Positions 24,901 to 39,491 of a DNA stretch of 64,000 nt are shown here, one piece after another. Source of the stretch: the human T2T-CHM13v2.0 reference genome, Homo sapiens. Where the stretch lies: NCBI RefSeq assembly GCF_009914755.1, contig NC_060929.1; one strand, given 5' to 3'. Each line of letters opens with the position of its first letter. The first letter of the stretch is position 1. Below the pieces are notes generated by a model. The model saw only the letters and a program-made list of their open reading frames with translations, made no database searches and was not told the origin of the DNA. Both the position numbers and the translations under genes were made by a program.

Positions 24901-27196
24901 ACCTGCACATGTACCCCTGAACCTAAAATAAAAGTTTCAAAAAAAAAAAGAAAATTGGTAAAGTTTTGTAAAAAATAACATTAAAAATATATTATTAAAG
25001 AACACAATTATAAAATGAATACATTGAATATAATTCCTAAAAATTTATTGAATAACAATAATTTTTAGTTTTTCACCCATTATATTTGAGGTTCTCACTC
25101 TAATATAAAACCTTTCATGTTTACTTTAGCTGTTTTTCTCTGAGTTCATTATCATCTTCAGACCAAAAGCAAATTATCATCATCCCACTGACCTTAAAAG
25201 TAAAATAAGTTTTAACTATTGTTCTTAAGAGAATAAATCTAAATTTTTCTCAGTGTTGATCACTGTCCTGTTCGATTAAGGTTATTTCTGCCTACAGCCA
25301 CTGGGATAAAGGGAATTAAAACTTCACACAATACTTTGAAAGGAAGAATGATGCATAGTGTTAAGTAGGCAATACTGGGACAAAGTAAAGTGAACAATCG
25401 GATATGAAACATTAATAAGGTGTTTCTCAGAGTAAACACTGGAAAAGCATGCTACTTATGGTTTATAGAAAGATGGCAATCATTGAAGCTCACGAACATA
25501 ATTTGCCAAACAGAAACCCTGATGTAAACTGGTGATATCATCTCTCAACTGTTCTGAATTTTGGCTATGAATATTAATGTCTAAAGTTTTATCATGACCA
25601 CAGTCCTACAAATGCATTTCAACTAGAGTGATTAAAAATGTCTCTGGAATGATTATTCATTAGTAAATATGATATAATTATTTTCTATTATTCTGTGCAT
25701 ATTTTAAACCTTAATCGATCCTTCACAAGTGTGATAAAACTGTATAGATGTGCCATTTCCACTATCTGGAGTTCATTTTGCACATGTTGCTATAGATTGA
25801 AAAAGTCAAGTGTAACTTAAGAAGCAATTTTAACAACTTCATGTAAATATAAATTCATAAAACAAAACAAGAACTTCAGGCAACCTTATTAGAGCTCTAT
25901 AGATAAAAGAAATGTTTATGAGACATATAAGAATGCCTAAGAAATCTGAACAAAGAAAGTATCTGAAGGAGATTTTGGCCCAGTTTTTCAAGTATGGAAG
26001 TCTTGCCTCTTAGCCATAAATCAATTTTCGTTTATACCAAATGCCTGTAAACTAGTTCTTGTATAGTACACCTAATTATGTCACATCAGGGATTTCCATG
26101 TTTCTTTGACTTAGAATACGTAGTAAACAGATAGAACAGATCAATCACCTAAACTAATCAAAACTCTGCAATATCTCCCTACTCTACTGAAATAAGGCTA
26201 ATACCTTTTAGTATGACTCCCGAAGCACAGCAAACTCGTACAATGAATTTGAACACATCCCTCCAGCAACCTTTACTCTAGTCATGATTTTCTACATAAT
26301 ATTCCCCAGATTGTCATGTAGCATCTTTAATCAGGCTGTTCCCTGGATGTTCAGTCTCTACTGAAAGCCATCCTTCTCAGGCCTAGCTCAAAAGCTATCT
26401 GCCCCAGGTGAGTTTCTCAAGATAATTAATGAATTCTTCCTCTGACCACAGAATACTGAATTCTTCCTCCCTTTAGTACACATCAATGACTTGTTAGATG
26501 GTTATTAATGTGCTTTCCCCAACAGAGGTTTACTCTTTCACAGACATCAGTTTTGATCATCTTTCTGTACTCCTAGTACATAGTTCATCTAAATGCTCAA
26601 AAAGCATTGAAATGTACAGAAATATAAGCTCTGGGCCTTGCTACCCCCTCTGGGAAATCACTTAATATTTCAGTATATTGTTGTTTTCTCCTGTTTTAAA
26701 AAATAGCTGGTTGATGAGAGTGAATAACACTATGAAATGAAACACCCTCAGCTTGAAAGAAGGTGCATTTGAGGTATTGTTATTATGATGCATGGTATAT
26801 TTTATACTTGCATTTGTGGACCCACTTCTTAGAGATAGAAAACATTGATATAATTTTTATGTTCTTAAAGTATCATAAGTTGCTGCTAAACGTTATCACA
26901 GTGGTAATGAACACACAGTATACAGAAAGTCTCCTGCTTTGATATGCACCTTAAAACAGTGATATTTATACCTGAATATTTTTAACGTTTTTGATCTCTT
27001 TAACTAACTTCTTAATGGAATGTGCATGTTTTTTACTTCTCAGAATTGGGAGCTAATTTGAACTCTTCACTAAATTACCCTTTCCTCTGACCATAAGGAA
27101 GAGTCACACTGAGTTCCCTTTTGTCTGCTTTTTAAAATGACCAGAATCATTTAAAAATGACTTATAACATTAACCTTGTCCCATCCCATCTGTTAC

Positions 27197-27378
27197 CTGA
27201 ATCCACGGCCATCTGTCATTTTCTGCAGCTGTCCACGCATTTATAAGCCCCTTCTTATTAAGACGTGCATAGTAGGGATACCATTTTTGGAGTCCAAAAA
27301 GAGCTCGGTGAGTAGAGGAAGCTGTGATTTGCTGGTTTGATATAATTCCACCTTCAATTCCCAGTGGGCCTGAGCATT
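27197..27378 (-). CDS. EDIL3: EDIL3/DEL-1 coding exon, N-terminal part of discoidin (F5/8 type C) domain 1; probably exon 6
   Basis: Minus strand reads tttttgtttccag|AA TGC TCA GGC CCA...TGG ATT CAG|gtaaca. Translation is [61 protein letters not shown], with typical discoidin motifs (CxxPLG, ITASS, ARLN, AW, WIQ). It is 182 nt and matches ORF track 27170..27421. Confidence 0.97.
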
Positions 27379-29771
27379 CTGGAAACAAAAACAGGAAAAA
27401 ATATGAATGTATTAGAAACAATGCATATACAACATGTGTCTGTTCGATTTGATAGGATTTTTTTAAATGATTTGAATTTGCACCACCATGCTATTTACTC
27501 TTCATCCCCTTTACAGATCTGTTATCGATCTCTAAATTAAGGAAATAATTCTTGCTTCTCATGACCCTCTCTTCCTTCTTTGCTTTGAAAGTAGTCACTT
27601 AATAGACACTTCCCTTCTGCATTATGATTCTGGTTCTGTACTGATAGCTTCTGGTTGTTGATCACGTCAACAAAAGCATAATGCTCTTAAAAGGCTTATC
27701 TCATATTTTATATTCCCGGAGATTAGCATGCCTCACAAATTATAAGCTCTCAACAAATATTTTTCCATCCATTATTTCTTTATTATCATAAAGCTGAGCT
27801 TTTTTTCAAAGTTATTTTTGTACTAATTTAGCATTTCTCACTACTATAAACTTTATAACTTAAATTTTTATACCCACCATCAGTTATGCTTCCACAACAA
27901 AAGGGAAATGGGTAAATCTGTTAACATTTAAAAATATTATTATAATACCCCATGATATATTATAAATTATAAAATATATGTAGACAAATTATTTTTATAA
28001 AGAGAGCAGGTAAACTCTCTGACAACATTATACATGACAATGTGTACAACTCAGTAAATCAAGATATTAAAATACTTATTAGCACTTTAGTTTCAAATTC
28101 ACAATTCTACATATTGGGATTCTGCATGTATATCTTCACATTTGCAACTGAGAAACTTAAGAAAATTTTCCAATGAAATTTTAAAATACTAAGATTAAAA
28201 CACATTATGCTCAAATGATATGTTCTCAGATACCAAATGTATTTAGTTTTTCAAATTAGAAATGGAGATAAATCCATCCTTAAAAAATTACATATATATT
28301 TGTATTATATATAAAATTATATATAAATTCTTAATTGCGTTATAAAATTTCAGCAGAAGGTACATTTCTTTTAAATTCAGTTTTGAAAATTCAGAATAAG
28401 TAGGGATATGATATAAGGAAAAGATGTTCTTAATTTCATTAACATTTCATATACTATACTGAATATTTTGCCAATTTAGATTTGTATAATATATACGATA
28501 ATTGTATTATAAAAATATACTACAATAATTTATCAGAATTTATGAAAATAAGAAAGAAGTTCATTGCTACTACTAAATATCAGTATATGAAAGTCAACTT
28601 GATTGGTGATTATGACCAAGTACATTTTAGATTTTAATTACTGTCAAAATCCAACATTTGTCAGTAATTAAATGTTTACACTTAGATTGAGGTTGAAAAT
28701 AAGAAAAAATATTAGGAGCCAAATTATAATATTTTTGAAACTTAGTAAGATATTTCTCACTGTTAACCATATTTTTAATTGTCATAAACATGGTAAGTAG
28801 CTCTGATGGCTTTCAAATTTTTAAATTTTTTTATAAAGAAGATAAAAATATATGGATAAGTAATCATCTTAATCAGACTGTATTAGTAAAGACAACATTA
28901 ATACAGTAAAAATTGCATCTTTGCCATTGACAAAAAATTACTTGGTATGATAAATTTAGATAATAAGATCTGTTTTTAACATGTAATTAGGACTGCTTAG
29001 CACTTTATGAAAGTATACTATATCACTTTAGAATCATTAAATTAAGAAGCCATTCATTAGTAGAATTGAAGTCTTACGAGCTGCAGATGATAATCTGATT
29101 TTCACATTCCCAAAAACTTAACGTTAAAAGTTCAGATATTAATTCTTTGGACCCTTATTTTGCTTTCCATTTTAAACTTCAAGATCTTTACAGACTTCAT
29201 AAACGTACTAAGAAACTTTCATGATGACACTGTGACTTTAGTAATGGCAGGAGCCTAGCTTTTTAATAATATTGTCATCAAAGGGGTCTCAAGCATCTTG
29301 TCCTTAGTTTGTACAATGTTTGGATGGAAAAATGAAACAGGCAGGGAGATCTTTTATTGCAGGCCATTTATTGTAGGCCAGTAAGTAGACTAGCAGAGCT
29401 AGAGAGCCAGAATTGATTAATGAGCTGTATGGCAGACTTAAAAATAACTCTGTGCCATTTAGTTGTATACCTCTAAAGACCTTATGCTGAATTAGATATC
29501 TTCACAGAATTTGTAACTATTTTAAAGCAGAGAGTAGATCTCAAATCACAATATCCTATAATTCTACTTCATTGTTTAATCTATCAACCTCCCTTTAGTA
29601 GCTAACATATCAGGAAACTCATTGACTTTGAACTGTTGTATTTATCAGATAAGCCAAATACCAATGAGCGATTTTGAAAATATATATGTGCAACTCACTC
29701 TGCCATAAGGTTCCAAATCTTTGCTATGCTCTTTAGTCCTGCATATTAATTCTTTCAAAAAACATAATTCA

Positions 29772-30090
29772 AGCTGGGCGCAGTGGCTCATGTCTGTAAT
29801 CCCAGCACTTTGGGAGACCGAGGCAGGTGGATCACCTGAGGTCAGGAGTTTGAGACCAGACTGACCAACATGGTGAAACCCTGTCTCTACTGAAAATACA
29901 AAAATTACCTGGGCATGGCAGCATGTGCCTGTAGTCCCAGCTACTCAGGAGGCTGAGGCAGGAGAATCACTTGAAGCCAGGAGGCGGAGGTTGCAGTGAG
30001 CTGAGATCACACCACTGCACTCCAGTCTGGGTAACAGAGTGAGACTTCATCTCAAAAAACAAAACAAAACAAAAAAGCAAAACAAAAAAC
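29772..30090 (+). mobile_element. AluS (AluSx-like) with (CAAAA)n tail
   Basis: Full dimer, gatcacctgaggtcaggagtttgagacc, patterned tail. Confidence 0.95.
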
Positions 30091-31463
30091 CCTCCACAAT
30101 TCAAATAATATATATTGACATGATATATTATAGGGTTATATCTTATACAAAGTATTTTTGCATGAGCTATTTCATTGCCATGATGTCAAATTTACAAGTA
30201 TCACCAGTCCTCGATTCTATATTGTTGCTTTAAACAAACAAAAACAAACAAAAATACCCCCCAAAAACCAATTTCCAACAGTTGCATACCACACTCTGTC
30301 ACTTACATATAGTCAAAAAAGGCCACCAAAGGAAGCATGACTGTGATGGGGATTCTTGAATGAAGTGTGAGTCTGTGAGTTGTCAAGGTACTGCCTTGAG
30401 TTAGTGATTCTGCATTTTCCTACTTTTTAAAATCGGGGTTATGATGACACTTAACTTATCAGTTGTGAAGAAGACAAGATAATGAAAGCTTTGCTTTTGG
30501 AGCTATAAATTGCTGAAAAAATAATGAGCTTGGTTCTGTAAGGTTATTTTCATACTTCTTTTTAGAGGACCTCAACTGAAGTAATCCTGGCTTTTTAGCC
30601 CCTTTCGAGTAGGAGCTAGGTATTTCTCACTGTTATATCCTTAGATGCTCATGGTGGCTTGTACACAGGAAAAGCCCAATAAATATGCACTGAACGTTGT
30701 TATTGGGGGCTTTTTTTGCTCCTAAACAGTAAAGTAATAAGCAAATCCAAGCCTTAGATTTATTTCACTCTGCGAAGTTGTCACAACAGCAGATTTTCTT
30801 CACTAATCATGTGGACCACAATCAAATGGATGTCATCACAATAAAAAGTTCAAAATCCAATTTCCTTTTGCCTGTGCTATCCACTTCCCCCATATCCTAT
30901 TAAATTCAACAGTTATAAAAACCAGTGAAGGAATTACAATTCAGAATGCAAATGAATATACACCTAAGATTAAGTGACCTTAAGCAATTAATAACAGGAT
31001 GCTTAAAAAGAAAGATAATATGAAAATATACATTGCTTTTACTATCAACAAATGATAGAAGATATATGAAATGATAATTGATGAAGTAATCAATGTCAGA
31101 TGAGAACTCTGAAGTTTGAAAAGTGTACCCACATGTGTTTTCTCATATAATCTTTGAAATAATACTTCAAGAAAAAAATGTTTTCAGGACTATTTCATGA
31201 ATTAGAAAAATTGTGAGGATGGAAGTTAAGCTTGTAAAAGATGACTGTGTAATTTAATGTGGAGAGTTCAGTAATTCTTCAAAATTTGACTCGGATCTTT
31301 TCCTTCTGCTATATTATGTGAAGCATACATACTTATGCATCCTAGGGGAGGCAACAGGAACATTAACATGGAATGAACATACAAGATATCACTAGTAACA
31401 CTGAGGATGTAACGGAGTTTTCACAAGTTGGGATCCACTGCAACAGTACATAATGTATGGCAC

Positions 31464-31838
31464 TGATATGGTATGCCTCTGTGTCCCCACCTAAATCTCA
31501 TGTTGAATTGTAATCCCTAGTCTTGGGGGAGGGACCTGATGGGAGGTGACTGGATCATGGGGACGGGCTTCCTCTTTGCTATTCTCATAATGGTGAGTTC
31601 TCATGAGATCTGGTGGTTTAAAAGTGTGTGGCACGTCTCTCTTCACACTCACTCCTGCTGCCATAGGAAGACATGCTTGCTTCCCCTTTGCCCTTCCCCC
31701 ATGATTGTAAGTTTCCTGAAGCCTCCCAGCCATGCTTCCTATACAGCTTGTGGAATGGTGAGTCAATTAAACTATTTTCTTCATAAATTACCCAGTCTCA
31801 GGTAGTTCTTTATAACAATGTGTGAATGAACTAATACA
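31464..31838 (+). mobile_element. MSTA-like MaLR solo LTR
   Basis: tgatatggtatg...aactaataca termini; TSD ggcac/ggcat at 31459-31463 and 31839-31843. Confidence 0.9.
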
Positions 31839-32014
31839 GGCATTCAGTCACAGAATTAAATACCTACAGTTTATAGTGTGTCTGTCTCCTAAGGTGTTAA
31901 AATTAACCTGATACCATCATTGGCTTATACTCTGCTTATCTAATACGGATAGGCAAATTCTGTTCTTATTAATTTATTGACCTCTAAGTATATGCTCATC
32001 CACCCATCACTCCA

Positions 32015-32960
32015 TCCGTTCATTTAATTCAGTTTTGAAAATACGTGTTTATTGAAGCCCTTCTACATATTTGGCACTTTTCTAGGTAGTAGTGACATAG
32101 GGATAAATAAGGCAGAAAAGGTCTATGCTCTTAAAAGATTCACATTCTAGTGGAGAGACAAATAATAAACAAACACTTAAACAAGAAAATACCATGAAGT
32201 GGTATGTGCTATGAAGGAAAAAAAGAAGGGTGAATCAAGTGTGGGTGTCAGGTGATCAGAGATGGCCTTTCTGAGAGGTTACACCAAGTCTCATCTCTGA
32301 ATGGGAAGAAGGAGCTGGCTATGTTTACAGTACTGGTTTCCTCAAGGGGCTTCAGTGTAATGGGGAGACACAGAGAAATAAGAACATTTTTATATAATAT
32401 GGCAGATATTGTGTTGGTGAATGCAGAAGATTCAGTGGGAGAAGAGAAGAGGGAATAATAACCTAGCTTGGGGCTCTGGGAATGATTCCCGGAAAAGAAT
32501 AGGAGCTTGCATAGTGGAGAGAGGAGACAGGATAGACACAGGCAGGGAACAGGCTGCTATGATGAGGGAATTAGAGGCAGTTCAGTATCACTAGATCAAG
32601 ATGGGTTGGTGGGGGAATGGTTAAGAGATGAAGTGGAGAAGTAGAAAAATGCTAGATTATTTTGCAGAAGACGGTGATGATAGAATTTGGTTCTGTTAGT
32701 GATGGGGAGTTTTTGAAGGACTCTATGGCCACATTTTCATTTAATTTAGATCATTCCCACTGTGCCATAAAGAGTAGATTTAAGACGGGACAAAACTATG
32801 TCCAAAGAGTAAGCTACTACAGTTGTCCATGTGAAAAATAATGCAGATCTGAAAGAGGGGCGGAGAAGAGGAAGAGTTCAAAAATATTTAAGAGGTAAAA
32901 GTAGGCAGAACTAGTAATGATTAGATGCAAGGTAGAGGAGGGAAATGGAGTGTTTGAATT
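32015..32960 (-). mobile_element. L2 fragments
   Basis: ttcatttaattc...tttattgaagcccttctacatatttggcacttttctagg...cacattctagtggagagaca is the L2 3' end in reverse, followed by purine-rich L2-like sequence. Confidence 0.65.
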
Positions 32961-35900
32961 TCAAAGGGTCCAGAGAGCAAACATAGGTGTTTCCTTTCAT
33001 TGAGATTGGCCACGTTTCACAAATAACATCACTGGACCAAATTCCTCTCTTAAAATTTATCAAAAATCATTCTTGCTGTTGGATTGAATGTGGGAGGATC
33101 TGCTTGTCTTACCTTCCTTCTCTTGCTATACTGATTTTGGTGGGCTACTCTCAACATCTCTCATATCAATCAGGCTGCAGGGACAGGATTGAGATGTAAA
33201 AATCTGCTTCTATGCTCAAACCATGTCCAGTACTTCCCTGGTCCACAACTCATCCACATGTTTATGTGTGCCCATCTGTTTTCTCACAAGATAGAGAACC
33301 CCTTTGTAGGCAAAGATTATATTCCTCACAGTATCTAGCAGCAAGCTTCAATTTCAGTGAACATTTAATAAATGTCGGTAGAGGGAATTACTTCTAAAAA
33401 ATAAATATGAAAGGTAAATAAACAATACAAATGGCAGGTAATATGGTACCATTTTATTTGTATACTTCATTTTTAATTAAAAATCATTTACACTTACACT
33501 TACATGCTCTCAAAGGTACACAGATATAGAGGCCTTCTTTAGAAATTTTTTTTATGATGAGTAAAGAAGAGCACTTGTTTACTATTTAAAAAAAATGTAA
33601 CTGATAGTGGTCTGTCTGGGTCTCTTCTCTTTCAAATCGCTGCCACACAGCATTACCAGGTATTTCTGAAATTCCCCATTGTTACCTCTAGAGAGGGCAT
33701 AGTGGCAATTCGATCAATGCTGAATACAAAAATAGAATACGGTAGTAGAATATGGTAGTCTGCATTTCCTGGCTGTAAGATCTGTGTTTATGCATCCTTG
33801 GTATTGTGCTTGCTTTTGTCAGGTACGACAATAATCCTAAATTAATGAGTCCATTCAACATTGGCTACCAGAGAATTTCAGGCACCTTTTATACAGTCAT
33901 TTAAAATAATTACACTGCCTGAATTGTCTGAGTAGACTGGAAGTGCCTTCTGACCTGACACCCTGCTGTTCAGACTAATACTGAGCAAGTGAGTCACCTG
34001 GCAGGTTGAGCAGGAGCAGCTGGGCTAGCTGGGGGCCAAACTTCAAGTGCCTCCCCAGAGCGACTTTTCTGCTTTGGCCAAGAGGGATGTGAATAAAATA
34101 GCTTCAAAGTGGAGTCCTTCTCACTCTGCAAATTCATTCTCTGGAGTATGGCAAAGAATGGCTTCTGCATTTTATTGATCTTGCAGCTGACAAGTAAGCA
34201 GTGCCTCAAGATGTCTCGTATCTTGTTCCTGAGTGTGCTGATTAAGCCTTTCAAATAAGTGAGATGCACAGCTGAATCCGCAACAGGAATGTACTGCTTT
34301 CATTTGCTCTATCTCAATATCCAGACATCTTCAGAATGAAAGGATTTCAAATTAAAACCATGTAAGAAACAAATCTCCTTTAAACATCTCCAGTCCTCCC
34401 TTTCTCCGAGCATCTCATCTTATACGAGTGAGTCCTCTGCTGTGCTTAATACAGCGTGATAATTGTGCTGAATGCAAGCACTGGTGAATGGATTAGTGAT
34501 GACCTCCAGTACTGCAGAAATTAATGCTGATTCAAATGTAAGCTTTCCTCTGTGCCACTTGGACAACAGCCTTTCTTTTATTCCTAGCATTTGTTTTATT
34601 TTAGAGTTGTCTTGAGACCAGGCTTTAATTGGTGAGGGAGGGATCAAGGCTACTCTTTCTCACGCTGTGGCCTGAGGGTTTAAAGGAACCCTAAAGTTTT
34701 TTTTTTTTTTTTTTTTTTGATGAGTCGTGTCAGCTAAGCCCCCATGCATTTGATTTGATTTCTCTCAAGGCTATCATTTTTCTGGTGTGTTAGGAAGTTG
34801 TATCAGAAGAAAGAGGTCAGGGGATGGAGTGAAGATGAGAAGTTTAAGAAAGGGTGATTCGGGAACAGGGCCTGAATATTCCAGTTCAGGTGTAGGAGAT
34901 GGAAAAATGGCCAAAAAGTTTCCCGGATACAGAGTGAGAATGTGAAGGTAAACATGCACAACACAGCCTTAGCTTCACTTACTCATTCCCAAATTCCTGC
35001 AGAGCACCCCCTGGGTGTCAGCCTCTGGTTATGGCACTGAGAATAATCACCTTCAAAGGAATTAGAATGAAAATTCCACTTGGTGATGTTCATCTCTCTC
35101 CACACTGAGATTGCTTCTTTGTATTGGGGTATAAACATTACATACAGTCACAGTAACCTTCCTTAGGAAAACTAGTAATTGAGAAATCCTTAATACTGTT
35201 TTCAAAAATTAGTTAAACTTACTTGGATTCCATATAAATTGCACGTGTACCTTAAAGAAAAGGCTGTTTCTTCCTATCAGATGGGCAGCATAGCTTAGAT
35301 AAATGCTAATTTTTCTCACAATTGTGAATACTGTGATTCTGTGGTATTTCGCTGGGAAAACATTCTCTCAATTTTATTACGACCTATATTCTATTATTTT
35401 CCATATTGAAAGCTCAGAAGGTGTCCAGGTTAAATGAAGATGAACAGCAATTTGTGCATTTTTTTTCCCTCTGAGACAATATGCTTCTTACAGGTAGAGA
35501 CGATGCCTTTTGCATTATTTAGGTTTTCAAAGCACTTAGCACAGTGCTTACAAATGGGCAGCTCTCAATATTACGGGATAAAGTAAACTAAAACAAATCA
35601 TTGCTTTTTGGAATTACTTTTCTTTCTTTTTTGAAGGTGGATTAGTCCTCTGAATGTAGATATTATCACTCTAAGGATTCAACATACTGGGTGGGTGTTA
35701 AAATCGGAAATGCTTTCTTCATATACTGGCAGGCTTAAAAATATATAAGAATCAGCTCTTGGAGGTAGGGGAAATACTATATTTGGAATGAAAACCACAT
35801 TTATAAAGTCACAAATGCAATTATCAGCCATCTAGCTATTTCCTTTAAAATGTGGCTATGTTTTCTTCACACTGTGTGTTATCTCAAGCCAATTATGATA

Positions 35901-37541
35901 TATTATCAGTTTAAATTAATTGTTTTCAATTCAGAAAAAAATGAAGCCCATGAATAAGCTAAACTATAATAAAAATTGTCTATTAATATTTCTCAAATTG
36001 ATTTGTGAGCATATTGATGCAGAATAATGGTTATTATTTAAATAGTAGAGCCTATGAACTCCAGTATTCAAAGGCCAAAATTCTTATTGAGATAATTCAC
36101 AAAAGTTGACAAAATCTAAGACGATTATCCTCTTATCACAGTAAACAGTTCTGCTGTAGGACAACAGAAGAGTTCATTGTAGTTTGCTTAAGATGTATTC
36201 TTTTAAAATGGAAGAGTATTTGGATTTTTCATGTGGTAAAAACAATATGGATTGATGAAACATTTGTCTGTAAAGTCAAAAGCCTGAAATTCAAAAACCT
36301 GTAGCTGTACACCTGTTCTTGCTTTCTGACAAAACATATATCTACATAGGAAAGAGCTAAGAAGGGTATAATGCCAAGGTTAAAATGCTAAAAGAGGGAC
36401 TGAGTTGCTTGAAGAAACATGAGTCAAATACAAAATGTAAACATCCATACAGTGCTTGTAGAAGACAGATTCCTATGCTTTTAAGTTATTTATATGTTTT
36501 AAGATTTTTTGGCAAATGCACATCAGGCTACGTGCCCTAAGGCATTGCCTTTGATGTTTGGTTATAAAGCAATATTACTGCCATGTCAGGCACTGATTTT
36601 TATTTGAGAGATAAATCATAGTACCAAACCCAATTACCAGCTATATCTAGTTATTTTGTTTTCTGTACAATGTAGTTATCTTTTCTTCACACTGGATGTT
36701 AATTTAGGTCTAGTATGAAATTTTAGTGTTCCAGAGGTCAAAAAAAAAAAAAAAAAAAACCCCAAGAGATGAAACAGGAGGCCATTGCAGGTGCCAAGGA
36801 AAGACATACTGAGCTCTGTCTAATACTAGCACACTTCGAAAAGTTGTGGAAGAAATGACAGAGAGCAAAATGGAGCCTAGAAAAGTATAGTAGATGATTT
36901 GTTCATTTGAATTCTAGAGACATCTATATTATGCATTTACTTTTAAAAATGTAAGAAAATATTTTTCATTTAGAAGATAATAGGTAATACCTGCATAATC
37001 AGAAAAGTATTAGGTTGGGTCAGGGACCTAAACATTCTTGCAATTAATTTCAAAGCCTGCTCTCTAAGTCACAACCTCAGCTGTGCTGTGTTTCATCTTT
37101 CCAAATTAAAAAAAAATTGCCAACATTTCCAGTATAAAGTTGAAATAGAGGATGAATTCTTGATAATATGTATTTACTAATTGAACCTTCCTACAAATAA
37201 AATTGCCACAAATGTTTTAAATATTGTATTTACAGTGGCTTTGGTAATCCTGAAAGGAATAATTCAACATAGAACTTTAAACATAACAAATGTAAAGCTA
37301 CTAAAACAAAGGATGCTTTACCAATTTTATAAAAGAATATCGAGAAGGATTTAATAGAGTAACAATTTTATTATAAACCTGTTGAAGCTAAGCCAGCTTT
37401 TCATACATTATCTCTTATTCAGTAGAGATTCATACTGGATGTGTTTTATCAGTAATGAATATGGATCAGCCTATTGAAATATGAAAGTTGACTTCTGTTT
37501 CTTTTCAAATTTATTGTACGTAATAATAAAGTATACTCTGA

Positions 37542-37966
<425 letters not shown>

Positions 37967-39311
37967 CTAAAATCTTTAGCTGCTGAAATGGGTATGGAAT
38001 ATTAGTTGTGTTCAACAAAATATCCATAATGGGATAAATTACTATTTTCTAAAATGTTGCAGCAGAATACATTATTGCTATAGAGTTTGGCCTAGTGATT
38101 AAGTAAATAAACAAATATACTTATAAACATATTAAAAATATATGACAAATGCAAAGTTGTAAATAATCCTATGCTTGTCCATTATGAAGTAGTAAATTTT
38201 GAAAAAAAAAAAGCCCATAATAGAATTACCTGCTTACCTTAAGCTTTTAAAGAAAAGAGGACTTAATACTTTTTTTTTCATTTTGGCTTTATAAAAAAGA
38301 CTAATTTCTTCAGAAGCTTTCATCCTGCAAATGTTGGCTAGCTCACCACTCTAGTAGGTTAATTTATGGGATGAACCAGGAACTAGGTAGGGACTATAAA
38401 GTCACAAACATAAAATGATGCATATTCATTACCACAAAATAAAAATAACAGAATTAATTTCATTTCTAAAAAATTTTGTACAAATGAGAATAGTGACTGA
38501 ATTTTCTTAGAAATCATTATTTTTTAGTCCAATGCTTCAAAAAACAGTAAATGGATATTTTTTAACTTAATAGTCTTATGGATACAGCAGGATATAGTCA
38601 TTCTTTTAATATACAGGGAAGATAAATTGCATAAAAATACACAAAGCAAACCAGAAATATAAATTTTACCTTACATTAGTAAGAAAGTATCTCATTAATT
38701 GAACATTTTTATTTAATTACTAAAATCCTCTTAAACTACAACAACGAAAAAAACAAAAAAAGGAAAGATTGTGTGAGTGAGCTAAAAATTGCTCAGGCAG
38801 GGGGTTATGGTAATATATCCTTAGTGCCTTCATATTTTGAAAAGTTATCAGCTCAGCTAACTAAAGCTACATAGATAAAAGATAAAAAGAAAATAGAATC
38901 ACTCAGTTTATATTTATAGATTAATTAGATTAATTTATAGGTGCACAACTTCATCAGATCATACAATTTACAAATGCAGGTAATTTAATTGGGAAATAAC
39001 TACGGTAACAAGTATAGTGTAGTGGTAACTTATAATATACATAAAGCACCTCATTGAGTCTTCACAAACTTTCTATTATATCATTTTATCAAAACTGTTC
39101 CTCATTGGAATTTTGGTTAAGGATATGAAGGCAAATACAGGTGCAAAAATCTCTACTCTGAACAGAACCCTAAAGAAAAAGTGTGTCCTACTTCATGGAA
39201 GCATTTCAGTTGTGACGCCAGAAAGTTTAGAGTTGGAATTTCTACCCCACTACTTAACAGCTGTGTGGCCTTGGGGGAATTGTTTAATCTTTCAGCAGCT
39301 CCAGATTAATC

Positions 39312-39491
39312 CAGTGGTGTACAAATTTTGATGCACATTAGGATTACACAGGAAGCTTTAAAAATTCCAATGCCAGGCCACATCTCATACAGTACCAATT
39401 CAATTAGAATGCCTTGGGGTACGAGCCAGACATATATATTTTTAAAGTTCTCAGTGATACCAATATACACCAAAATATGGGAACTGTGCTG
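39312..39491. mobile_element. MER5-type DNA transposon nested in a MIR (~39200-39590)
   Basis: cagtggtgtacaaattttgatgcacattaggattacacaggaagctttaaaaattccaatgccaggcc... is MER5-like, with MIR-like sequence on both flanks. Confidence 0.6.

Larger units (their letters stand above)
19141..24950 (+). mobile_element. Old 5'-truncated L1 (L1PA13-16-like) ORF2 + 3' UTR, interrupted by a nested insertion at ~19503-21929
   Basis: ORF2 sequence at 19141-19502 resumes at ~21930. ORF2-like peptides appear in the ORF track ([55 protein letters not shown]). The 3' end is aacctgcacatgtacccctgaacctaaaataaaagtt plus A tail. Many stops and frameshifts. Confidence 0.92.
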
